IMG/VR virus record: IMGVR_UViG_3300020473_000010
Location: 62,001 to 126,000 of that record
Length of the DNA: 64,000 nt
Direction: 5' to 3' (one strand)
Below the pieces are notes generated by a model. That model saw nothing but the letters and a program-made list of their open reading frames with translations. It was not told where the DNA came from and did not search any database. Position 1 is the first letter of the stretch, and each line of letters begins with the position of its first letter. Below, one piece after another: positions 19,784 through 27,453 of the stretch. The translations under genes and the position numbers were made by a program.

Positions 19784-19812
19784 ATTATATAGGCTTGTAA
19801 GGTTTTTTACAA
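19784..19812 (-). promoter_or_regulatory. Promoter TTGTAA-N17-TATAAT
   Basis: Exact 17-bp spacer upstream of GGAGG RBS and ATG 19757. Confidence 0.7.
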
Positions 19813-19878
19813 AGACTTTCCCGCTAAAAATCCCTCGGTCTCCGACCCGCTCCACCGCCCGCTGTTTCGAAAGTCTTT
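19811..19878. repeat. GC-rich element: 10-bp inverted repeat enclosing three CCCGCT copies
   Basis: aaagactttc (19811-20) / gaaagtcttt (19869-78); cccgct at 19820, 19846, 19858. Confidence 0.7.
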
Positions 19879-20521
19879 ATCTTTTCGTTGTTATGATATT
19901 GACGTCATATTCTTCAATCGATTTTATTTTTCCTTGTCCTTCACACGGGAAACAAATTCCGGATAAAATTTTCCCTCTTCCGTAGCAGAGAGAACATGGT
20001 GTTGATGTTTTTACCATGGTTGGACCTTGTTTTTCTAATCTGTTAATATATCCTGTGCCAAAACAATCTTTACAAGAATGAGAAATATCTCCTCCTTTTC
20101 CATTACAAGCAGAACAGGTTTTGGTTATTCTCACTTTCACAGAAGTTGTTTTTCCTCCGGAAAATAATTCATCTATTGTTAAATCTAAATTAATCTTTTT
20201 TGATGGTTGGTCTTTTTGATTCATTTGATGATTAACCCTAAATAACGGATCAAATGGATTAAATCCAAAATCTTTAAACAGATCCTCGAAGGAATTAAAA
20301 GATTGATGGTTGTTGGAGATTGCAAAATCATGTTCTTGCCTTTTCTGTGGGTCGCTCAAAACGCTGTAAGCTTCACTCACCTCCTTAAAACGTTCGGCGG
20401 CATCCTCATCTCCCTGGTTTCTATCCGGATGGTATTTTTTTGCTAAATCTCTATAAGCTTTTTTAATATCTTTTTCATTAGCAAATGTTTCAACACCCAA
20501 GATTGTATAAAAATCTTTCAA
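19877..20521 (-). CDS. dnaJ: DnaJ-type co-chaperone (J domain + Zn finger, C-terminal domain truncated)
   Basis: HPD motif, four CxxCxGxG repeats; TTG start with GGAGG. Confidence 0.9.
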   Translation of the reverse strand: MKDFYTILGVETFANEKDIKKAYRDLAKKYHPDRNQGDEDAAERFKEVSEAYSVLSDPQKRQEHDFAISNNHQSFNSFEDLFKDFGFNPFDPLFRVNHQMNQKDQPSKKINLDLTIDELFSGGKTTSVKVRITKTCSACNGKGGDISHSCKDCFGTGYINRLEKQGPTMVKTSTPCSLCYGRGKILSGICFPCEGQGKIKSIEEYDVNIITTKR

Positions 20522-20573
20522 TTGTTCCTCCGAGGATCATAATATTAATTATGGAGAAAATCTTATTCAATCC

Positions 20574-21083
20574 TCAGATGGGGGATTTCGGAAAATATCT
20601 GCATTCAAAATATGGATAATAATCATCAATATTTCCGGTACCAATTAAAGCCCATATATGATTATCTCTAAGATCTAAAATTACATAACCATTAAAATCA
20701 TTATTTATTTCTTTCCTCCAAGAGATTTTATCAGATGTTATTAACCGTATTTTTGCTATTGGGTTTGGGAAAAAAATATAGTTATGATCTTGTAGCGGAA
20801 TTCTAGCGGCGCCTAAATAAGATCGATATCCATCATCCGGATCTTCAAGAATTTCGAAAATCATATCATTTAATTTTATGGCATTGTGATCCATTCCATA
20901 AAAATCATATTCTCCTCCTACCATAGAAATAAAACAGTCTGTTGAAAATTTTATATCTGGAATTAATTCAGTACTAACGCTTTCTGGGAGAGTGGAATCG
21001 TGTATTCGATTATAATCTCCATCACAATTGTTACTTGAAATATATCCTTTAAATTTGTTGTTTAGGTTCACTTTTATAGCCAT
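20574..21083 (-). CDS. Hypothetical phage protein
   Basis: 169 aa ORF; FEILEDPDDGYRSYL, IGTGNIDDYYP. Confidence 0.7.
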   Translation of the reverse strand: MAIKVNLNNKFKGYISSNNCDGDYNRIHDSTLPESVSTELIPDIKFSTDCFISMVGGEYDFYGMDHNAIKLNDMIFEILEDPDDGYRSYLGAARIPLQDHNYIFFPNPIAKIRLITSDKISWRKEINNDFNGYVILDLRDNHIWALIGTGNIDDYYPYFECRYFPKSPI

Positions 21084-21084
21084 T

Positions 21085-21297
21085 TTAAGCCTTGGTTAAA
21101 ATTTCTCTAGGAATTGCCTCAAAAATTTTACCGTCAATTAAAACATCATAAACTAAAATAATTTCTTTGTATTTTGCTGTTTTTCTATATTCTGATTCGT
21201 AAGGTCCTTTAATTATTATTCCTGTTTTATTTAATAAATTTTGATTGAAATGATAATAGTCATTTCTAGCAATGGTGACTAATAACCCAACCCGCAT
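21085..21297 (-). CDS. Small SH3-like protein
   Basis: MRVGLLV...GIIIKGP...YDVLIDG. Confidence 0.65.
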   Translation of the reverse strand: MRVGLLVTIARNDYYHFNQNLLNKTGIIIKGPYESEYRKTAKYKEIILVYDVLIDGKIFEAIPREILTKA

Positions 21298-21527
21298 ATG
21301 TCGTGATCCTTTTCTAAATCGATATCATCACTAAATATAGCTCTTAAAATTCCATCATCACACAAAACCGAGAAATATGTTGGGGGAGTTTTTTTAGGAA
21401 TTTCTATTAGAAGCCCATAACCACCATTAACAACAATCATATCGTGGCTATATTCATACCAATGAACTCTATTCCCTGTCTCAAAAGTTATTTTTCTTCG
21501 AGGGCATGTCCATTTAATTTTGTTCAC
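21279..21527 (-). CDS. Small SH3-like protein
   Basis: FETGNRV...YGLLI...FSVLCDDG. Confidence 0.55.
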   Translation of the reverse strand: MNKIKWTCPRRKITFETGNRVHWYEYSHDMIVVNGGYGLLIEIPKKTPPTYFSVLCDDGILRAIFSDDIDLEKDHDICGLGY

Positions 21528-22149
21528 TTGAAAAAGCCATCATGTTTAATGTTAAAAATTCAATTTGATTTAGAGAATTTTCAATATTTTGTTCATAGTT
21601 TTCTATTTGCTGTTTTGAGCGATTAATACTTTTTCGGTGTTCCTGTATTTTATCATTCATTGCTCGAATAAATGGAGATTGATCACCTTTCCAAATAGGT
21701 GTTCTTCCCCCTCTAACTTCCGGAGTTTCGCCTTTACATTGAGCCATATACATCATTTTGGCAATTTGCTGGGCGCCAGATTCGTCTGTTGCTACTACAT
21801 AACCAATAGAATTCCAGGATCCGTCTTTTACTTCCCATAGGTAATTACACCTAAGTGAATTCCGGAATGTTCTTAAGATGCGATTTAGATTTTCTTCTAG
21901 CCTATTTGAGCGATATGTTAGAGATTGTTTGTTTCCCTGTTGCCACATATCTTTGTCTTGAAACTGTTGTTCTTCTACAAGTCCTCTGGCACTCCAGGTG
22001 ACTCTAGGATATCTTTCATCCCGTATAATACCAATAAAGGCTGCAGCTTTATAATATTGTTCATAAAGATTAATATCGGTAAAATTAGGGGCTTTGTATC
22101 GTTTTTTGATTAGTGGTTTTACTAAATTCCATATTGTTTCTGAATTCAT
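21514..22149 (-). CDS. Hypothetical protein with C-terminal coiled coil
   Basis: Likely start ATG 22149 (MNSETIW). Confidence 0.7.
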   Translation of the reverse strand: MNSETIWNLVKPLIKKRYKAPNFTDINLYEQYYKAAAFIGIIRDERYPRVTWSARGLVEEQQFQDKDMWQQGNKQSLTYRSNRLEENLNRILRTFRNSLRCNYLWEVKDGSWNSIGYVVATDESGAQQIAKMMYMAQCKGETPEVRGGRTPIWKGDQSPFIRAMNDKIQEHRKSINRSKQQIENYEQNIENSLNQIEFLTLNMMAFSSEQN

Positions 22150-22153
22150 TTTT

Positions 22154-22948
22154 TTACCTTTTGTTAATTCGGTCGGCGGGCCAGGGTTGGCATTGACCAT
22201 TTAGAAGAACATCATATCCAATATTTTTTCTATGAATTAAAGGTGGAGAACAAATTATTCCAAACAATTTTTCAGTAACCCAATCTCCATTTTCGTTGCG
22301 AATATCGGTTTTTATAAAACATTTATCTCCTGGTGCAAACTTTGGTTCTTCAATCATCTTTAACTTTCCTCGGACAGCGTGTTTTGCACTTTCCCAAGTT
22401 TTTTCGAGAATATAATCATCCAATCCTTGAATATATCTTTTTAGTTGCCTAATTGCTCGCGATCCGGCGGCATGAGTTTGCCAATATATTTCGGAATAAC
22501 AAGGGCTTAACCGACAAACTAAATTCATTTTTTTTCTAGTTTCTTCATTAGGTTCCCAATGTCCATTATTTTCAATTTCACGAGCTTGCTGAAGTAATTG
22601 TTCAGCAAAATTTGCTTGTTTTTCAGTAAGGGTTCTTCCCTGTCTTAGCCTTGTAGCAAACGACAGAAGCGCTTCTGATAAGCGTCTATCGATTAAGAAA
22701 GTCGACAGCCTCTGCATTTCATCTGCTTCTGCATTATCTGGTACTGGTTTTATACCACCATCAATTAGTTCATCAATTTTTGAACGCATTTTTTTAGTCA
22801 AAGCTTTGCCTCTAGTCATTCTAAGAATCATTGCTTCAATGAAACTATAATCCCATTGGTGTAGCGACTTGGATGCTTGGTTATTGTTATATCCTTCCTT
22901 CAAGGTTTCGAGCTGTTGTTTTCTAAGTACGGCAGATTTTCTAGCCAT
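22154..22948 (-). CDS. Hypothetical protein with C-terminal SH3-like domain
   Basis: Likely start 22948 (GGAG RBS); repeated LTxKQ helices; FAPGDKC...YDVLLNG. Confidence 0.75.
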   Translation of the reverse strand: MARKSAVLRKQQLETLKEGYNNNQASKSLHQWDYSFIEAMILRMTRGKALTKKMRSKIDELIDGGIKPVPDNAEADEMQRLSTFLIDRRLSEALLSFATRLRQGRTLTEKQANFAEQLLQQAREIENNGHWEPNEETRKKMNLVCRLSPCYSEIYWQTHAAGSRAIRQLKRYIQGLDDYILEKTWESAKHAVRGKLKMIEEPKFAPGDKCFIKTDIRNENGDWVTEKLFGIICSPPLIHRKNIGYDVLLNGQCQPWPADRINKR

Positions 22949-22977
22949 TTTTACTCCGTGGTTGTTTTTATATATAT

Positions 22978-23006
22978 AATTTAACGCATCGAAACGATTT
23001 CTGCAC
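22978..23006 (-). promoter_or_regulatory. Promoter GTGCAG-N17-TAAATT
   Basis: 17-bp spacer upstream of ATG 22948. Confidence 0.5.
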
Positions 23007-23298
23007 ACTTATTATGATAATTTTCTATATTTTCTATTAATTCAGGGGCAATTTTTTCAAATCCTTTTTCTGTTAATAACCATTTTCCTCTTTTGGGACT
23101 ATGCCAATATTTGGTAGGATATCCTCTATGATTTTTTCTACCATAAAAATAACTAGTAGCCCAGCCTCTTTCTGAAAAACTGTTTAAATTTCCGTGCTTA
23201 CTAAAATATAGCGCTCGACGAATATCAGCTCCCGAACAAAGTGGATATCGAAAAATATATGTGGCAATAAAATTTATATTATTCAACTTCTTGAGCAT
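22981..23298 (-). CDS. Hypothetical protein (winged-helix-like)
   Basis: 105 aa; WLLTEKG wing-like motif. Confidence 0.6.
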   Translation of the reverse strand: MLKKLNNINFIATYIFRYPLCSGADIRRALYFSKHGNLNSFSERGWATSYFYGRKNHRGYPTKYWHSPKRGKWLLTEKGFEKIAPELIENIENYHNKCAEIVSMR

Positions 23299-23593
23299 TT
23301 AATTCCTCCAGGTCTGCAAGGTATAGTTCATGTTGCCGGGCACAAGCCATGGCGTGGTCCATAAATACCTGTTTAGGTACATCTGGTGTGGCCTTTATGA
23401 CACAGTAGGCACCAGGCACATATGTAGCTTTAGAATCTTTCGATATGTCCATAGAACGCGTTGTGGCAATCACGTCTATAGCTTCATCAATTTTCATTGC
23501 TTGAGACCAGCTATATAGCGAAAACCAGACAGCAATGAAGATAATAAACCAATTGTCTTTAAACCAATCCCATAATTCTAAAATTTTTTTCAT
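23279..23593 (-). CDS. Membrane-anchored hypothetical protein
   Basis: N-terminal TM; ATGA coupling to uvsE. Confidence 0.65.
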   Translation of the reverse strand: MKKILELWDWFKDNWFIIFIAVWFSLYSWSQAMKIDEAIDVIATTRSMDISKDSKATYVPGAYCVIKATPDVPKQVFMDHAMACARQHELYLADLEELNAQEVE

Positions 23594-24513
23594 TTTTGTT
23601 CTCCATGAATTTTTCGATAATTTTTCACTGCTAATTCTTTTCCTTTTGCTTCAATCACAACGTCGATATCTAAACCATGGGGATTTATAAACCCTGTAAC
23701 ATATTTAGAATGAGCTCGAAACATTGCTTTTGGATTATCAACCTGGGCTGTTTCTGAATAATGGGTGCATTGTTTAGAGTCTGACCAAGTAGAAGCTGCT
23801 AAGTGTAATGCTGTTTGTTCATCGTCTTGACCAGGATGGCACAAATGATGATGATAATCAAAAACAATAGGGATCCCGGTCCTAGAATAGAATAATTCAT
23901 ATAAGTCTCGAGTTGAATAAAGATTTGGACGATCGTCGTTTTCCAATGTAAGACGAGAAAGTACGGAATTAGAAAGGCGCTTAGAATTATTGATCCAGCG
24001 AAGAGCAGCCGCAGATTTGTCACCATAAGAACCCCCAACATGAATATTTATTTTTGCCATATGTGATCTAGGCTGATGCATATAGTCCATAATTTTACCA
24101 TGGGTTTCCAATTCGTTAATCGATTTTTCAACTGTTTCTTGATTGTGTCCAGCTAGAACCGTAAATGCACCAGGATGGAAAGATAAACGAATATTATTAT
24201 TTAATGCAAATTTTCCGCATTTGCTCAATAATTCTTTACATTCTTGCCAATTAGGTAAGTCTTCTAAATTATATTCAGAACACCATGGAGCCATTGATGA
24301 TGACATTCTATAAAGAAATATTTTATTATCTACATTCCATTCTAGAATTCTTTTTACGGCTTTTAAATTAATAGCAAATAATTCTCCTGCATGTTTTGTC
24401 CCCTTTTTAAGGAAAGTACTTTTTCTACATGTCCGACCGACTGTTATATTTTCTTTTTCAGCTAGCGTCATATTAATGCACGCATAGCCGAGATTGGTTG
24501 AGCCTCGTTTCAT
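23590..24513 (-). CDS. uvsE: UV-damage endonuclease (UvsE/UvdE)
   Basis: LGYACIN, LYRMSS, RLSFHPG, INIHVGG, LTLENDD, FDYHHH, HYSE, EAKGKE. Confidence 0.92.
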   Translation of the reverse strand: MKRGSTNLGYACINMTLAEKENITVGRTCRKSTFLKKGTKHAGELFAINLKAVKRILEWNVDNKIFLYRMSSSMAPWCSEYNLEDLPNWQECKELLSKCGKFALNNNIRLSFHPGAFTVLAGHNQETVEKSINELETHGKIMDYMHQPRSHMAKINIHVGGSYGDKSAAALRWINNSKRLSNSVLSRLTLENDDRPNLYSTRDLYELFYSRTGIPIVFDYHHHLCHPGQDDEQTALHLAASTWSDSKQCTHYSETAQVDNPKAMFRAHSKYVTGFINPHGLDIDVVIEAKGKELAVKNYRKIHGEQK

Positions 24514-24536
24514 TTATTCTCCTTGGTTGCATATTT

Positions 24537-24565
24537 ATTATATAAGAATTGTTCAATATTTACAA
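24537..24565 (-). promoter_or_regulatory. Promoter TTGTAA-N17-TATAAT
   Basis: Exact 17-bp spacer upstream of uvsE RBS AAGGAG. Confidence 0.7.
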
Positions 24566-24604
24566 TTTAATTTGTATAAGTTATTTTTGCACAGGTTTTT
24601 AGAA

Positions 24605-24856
24605 ATGCCATATGATTTTAAAGGGAAAAAAGATTGTACCCAAAAAAATGGAAATAAAGGAAAATACTTGACCATTAAAAAAAATGGATCTAGGAAATGT
24701 TATAAGTCCAAAGAACAGTATGATGCTGCCATGGCATGGGCTCATGAATCTGATGATAAAGCTGATGAAAAAACAGATAAATTTATTTCTTTACTTGAGG
24801 AAAATTTATTAAGAAGATGGATTTCTTTTATTATATCTTCGGGAGAAAAACCATGA
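24605..24856 (+). CDS. Small basic protein with C-terminal LLEE...W motif
   Basis: Likely start ATG 24605 (MPYDFKGKK). Confidence 0.6.
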   Translation: MPYDFKGKKDCTQKNGNKGKYLTIKKNGSRKCYKSKEQYDAAMAWAHESDDKADEKTDKFISLLEENLLRRWISFIISSGEKP

Positions 24857-25203
24857 TTGGAATTTTGATGCTATTGATATCATGCGCAAAAGAACCTTTA
24901 ACACCAGCTGCGGCAAGATCATATTTCCAAGGACCTGAATGTTTAAAAATACTTAAAGAAAAAATGATGGAAGCTGGATGTCCAAAATTACAGTATCAAA
25001 TTTTAGGTACTAACGATACGATGCTTCGGTGTCATAAACCAGAAAAAGAAAGAGGAAAATTTTGGGATAATTATATATTTAGAATATCACCTTCAAATTT
25101 GCAATATGATACCAAATCGCAAATCATGATTGAAAAACATACTATATGTTCTAATTCACATATAAGAATCGAAGCTTATCCTCCGCCACCTCAGGAAAAA
25201 TAA
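24853..25203 (+). CDS. Small lipoprotein
   Basis: MIGILMLLISC lipobox from 24853; GGGAG RBS. Confidence 0.7.
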   Translation: MIGILMLLISCAKEPLTPAAARSYFQGPECLKILKEKMMEAGCPKLQYQILGTNDTMLRCHKPEKERGKFWDNYIFRISPSNLQYDTKSQIMIEKHTICSNSHIRIEAYPPPPQEK

Positions 25204-25207
25204 GATA

Positions 25208-26221
25208 ATGCCAGTTGCCAATAAGAAAAACCTAATGCTAGATAGACCAACATCACATGGTGGTTGGCCAGGAGGACCTAACGACTGGTGGGGTGGAAAT
25301 AAATCAGTATCTGATACAATTTATGATTATTTAAAAGACATGGGACTAGTTGCTGAAAGTGACCTAAGAAAATTAATATCTGAAATAATTTTAGATATTG
25401 AGAATTCTCCAAGATTATCAGAATGTGTCGTAGCAGCTGGGCAAACCCAGGGCCAAAACGTTCTAGCGAAAACTAGAGACAGAAATTATAAACCAGAAGT
25501 AAAAATTATCAGAGAATTGCTTGATGATGGAACTGAAATTGTTTATATGATCGATTTAAAAACAGGATTTTTAGAAGGCATGAATAATCATGGTGTTGGA
25601 ATTTTAAATTCAACACTCATGGTTTACGAAGATGAAAACCCTTTAGAGCATGGAACTCAAAAAGATTATGGGAAAATTATTAAAAAAGCTTTGAAAAGCA
25701 AGAATTCAGAGAAAGCAGTGGAGATTTTGTGTAATAGTGGCGAGGGAGTTGAAGGTCATACATTTGTTGGGTGTCCAGACTTTTTACACTCTGTAGAAAG
25801 AACAAAGCATCATGATTCAATTGTTAGTCGACTAAATCCATTATCCAACTTTGAAGTAAGGACAAACCATGGAAATTATTATCCTTCAGCTGGATATACT
25901 GAAAAAGAAAAACCAGATGATTATTTATCAAGCAAAATTAGGAAAGCAACAGTTGAATTAAGCCTTAGTGGCATTAATGATTATTCTCAAATAGCTAGAT
26001 CTCTTTTATCTAGAAAATTTAATAAAGACTCAAATAAAAATACCCTGAGAAGGACAAATAATCTTCGAACAACTTCCCAGATTACAATGAATCTTCCAAA
26101 AAGAGAATTTTTATTTTACGTCTTTCCATCAGAATGCAAATTTTTAGGATTAGAAGATTTAACACCGGTAGATCACCAACCCTCTATCAAGATTAGAATG
26201 TTTAATTGGAAAGGAGACTAA
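25208..26221 (+). CDS. Ntn-hydrolase (peptidase C45/AAT-like) with 72-residue propeptide
   Basis: RLSE-CVVAAG...VLAKTRDRNY, EGMNNHGVGILNSTL, RTNHG. Confidence 0.75.
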   Translation: MPVANKKNLMLDRPTSHGGWPGGPNDWWGGNKSVSDTIYDYLKDMGLVAESDLRKLISEIILDIENSPRLSECVVAAGQTQGQNVLAKTRDRNYKPEVKIIRELLDDGTEIVYMIDLKTGFLEGMNNHGVGILNSTLMVYEDENPLEHGTQKDYGKIIKKALKSKNSEKAVEILCNSGEGVEGHTFVGCPDFLHSVERTKHHDSIVSRLNPLSNFEVRTNHGNYYPSAGYTEKEKPDDYLSSKIRKATVELSLSGINDYSQIARSLLSRKFNKDSNKNTLRRTNNLRTTSQITMNLPKREFLFYVFPSECKFLGLEDLTPVDHQPSIKIRMFNWKGD

Positions 26222-26556
26222 TCCTTTTCGTCATGTTCGTGCTGGTGCTCTTTAATCGATTCAATTAACCTAGCAGGAATATGATTGAACGTTCCGCATT
26301 TAAATTGAATATTATAATAATTTATAGTCCCGTTTTTCTCTAAATCATGGTGGACTATTTTTCCGATCGGGTTACCGGTAATTCCTAAAGCTTCTCTTAA
26401 AGATTCATCCTGAATCTTACCATGAGTAAGTCATGTATGGCCAATCAGTGGGTGGTCTTCTGTTTCTTTGGCTTGGCGCATTCCGGTGCCAAATGGTTCA
26501 AATTCTTCAAGGCTTTCTCTAATAATTCTTTTGAGTTGTCGCTTTGTGATTTTCAT
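26218..26556 (-). CDS. Candidate selenoprotein (112 aa, in-frame TGA at codon 42) with MKITKRQL leader; not in supplied track
   Basis: MKITKRQLKRIIRESLEEFEPFGTGMRQAKETEDHPLIGHT[TGA]LTHGKIQDESLREALGITGNPIGKIVHHDLEKNGTINYYNIQFKCGTFNHIPARLIESIKEHQHEHDEKD-TAG; GGAG RBS; ends flush with the convergent gene. Confidence 0.8.
26391..26430 (-). promoter_or_regulatory. Bacterial SECIS-like hairpin directly 3' of the in-frame UGA
   Basis: CUU(A)CUC/GAGAAG lower stem, AUGGU/UAA internal loop, AAGAUUCA/UGAAUCUU 8-bp upper stem, GGA apical loop 20 nt from UGA. Confidence 0.7.
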
Positions 26557-26780
26557 CTGGTTCTCCTGATGTTTGCTCCTCTCTTTTGATTTGACAAAGC
26601 TAATTCAATTTCATAAATCGCCATCTTTCTATTGAGTCCAGATTTCATCATGTGATCTTGAATAAGCTGCTCAACCATATCTTTGAGATCTTCGAAATGC
26701 TGAGATCCGCCTGATGTTTCTTGGAGCTTTTGTTTTTCTTCTCTAATAATTCTTCTGAGCTGTCTTTTTGTGATTTTCAT
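26553..26780 (-). CDS. MKITKRQL-leader small protein
   Basis: MKITKRQLRRIIREE. Confidence 0.85.
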   Translation of the reverse strand: MKITKRQLRRIIREEKQKLQETSGGSQHFEDLKDMVEQLIQDHMMKSGLNRKMAIYEIELALSNQKRGANIRRTR

Positions 26781-26781
26781 A

Positions 26782-27057
26782 TTATATTTCTTCCAATATT
26801 AATTTCATTGCATGAATGATATCTTCTCTATCATATCCGCTAGAGTCTCTTGGTGACCATGTCATTTTATCAATTATGCTTTCTAGAAGTTTCGTAACCT
26901 TTTCGTAGTCATCTAAATCGAGTAAAGCCGGCTGGTTGTCCGGATGGTCTGGATGAGCTAGAGCTTGATCATCTCTATTTTGCTGAAAGCGTCTATCCCA
27001 TTCTTCTTGTGTGGCTTCTTTAATAATTCTTCTGAGTTGTCTTTTAGTAATTTTCAT
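26782..27057 (-). CDS. MKITKRQL-leader small protein
   Basis: MKITKRQLRRIIKEA. Confidence 0.85.
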   Translation of the reverse strand: MKITKRQLRRIIKEATQEEWDRRFQQNRDDQALAHPDHPDNQPALLDLDDYEKVTKLLESIIDKMTWSPRDSSGYDREDIIHAMKLILEEI

Positions 27058-27081
27058 TTCATTTACCTGATTAATTTGTTG

Positions 27082-27441
27082 TTAAAGCCCTTCATGATAG
27101 TCAACTAAAAGGTCGATCATTTTATCCAGCAGATAATCCATATGTTTTTGAACGCCTAAAGCCATCTCTTGCGGATCCTGCAATTGGTCAATTGACTTAT
27201 ATTCATAATCAGAGCCAACATCTGTGACGCTGAAAGAATACGCTTGGTTCATTGGGTCTTTTTCATCCAAGACTCTTTTCTGCAATTCTTTCCATTCTAG
27301 TCGATACGTCAACAATTGCTTCCTGTCTCCAGGGTGCATATCCCTGGGTGGCATATCATAAAGTGCTGCATCTAGATATTTTTGACGATAATCTGCTACT
27401 TCTCGAATAATTCTTCGAAGTTTTCTCTTTGTAATTTTCAT
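27082..27441 (-). CDS. MKITKRQL-leader small protein
   Basis: MKITKRKLRRIIREV. Confidence 0.85.
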   Translation of the reverse strand: MKITKRKLRRIIREVADYRQKYLDAALYDMPPRDMHPGDRKQLLTYRLEWKELQKRVLDEKDPMNQAYSFSVTDVGSDYEYKSIDQLQDPQEMALGVQKHMDYLLDKMIDLLVDYHEGL

Positions 27442-27453
27442 TTTAATATCTCT

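Noticed and set aside
22165-22195. GC patch GCCAACCCTGGCCCGCCGACC as second copy of the 19.8-kb element
   Set aside because: Only loose similarity, no flanking inverted repeat, opposite orientation
26431-26433. Genome-wide reassignment of TGA to Trp or Gly
   Set aside because: Many genes end in TGA with ATGA coupling (e.g. 26553, 43069, 14112, 15657) and TGG is used for Trp, so code 11 holds; read-through must be site-specific
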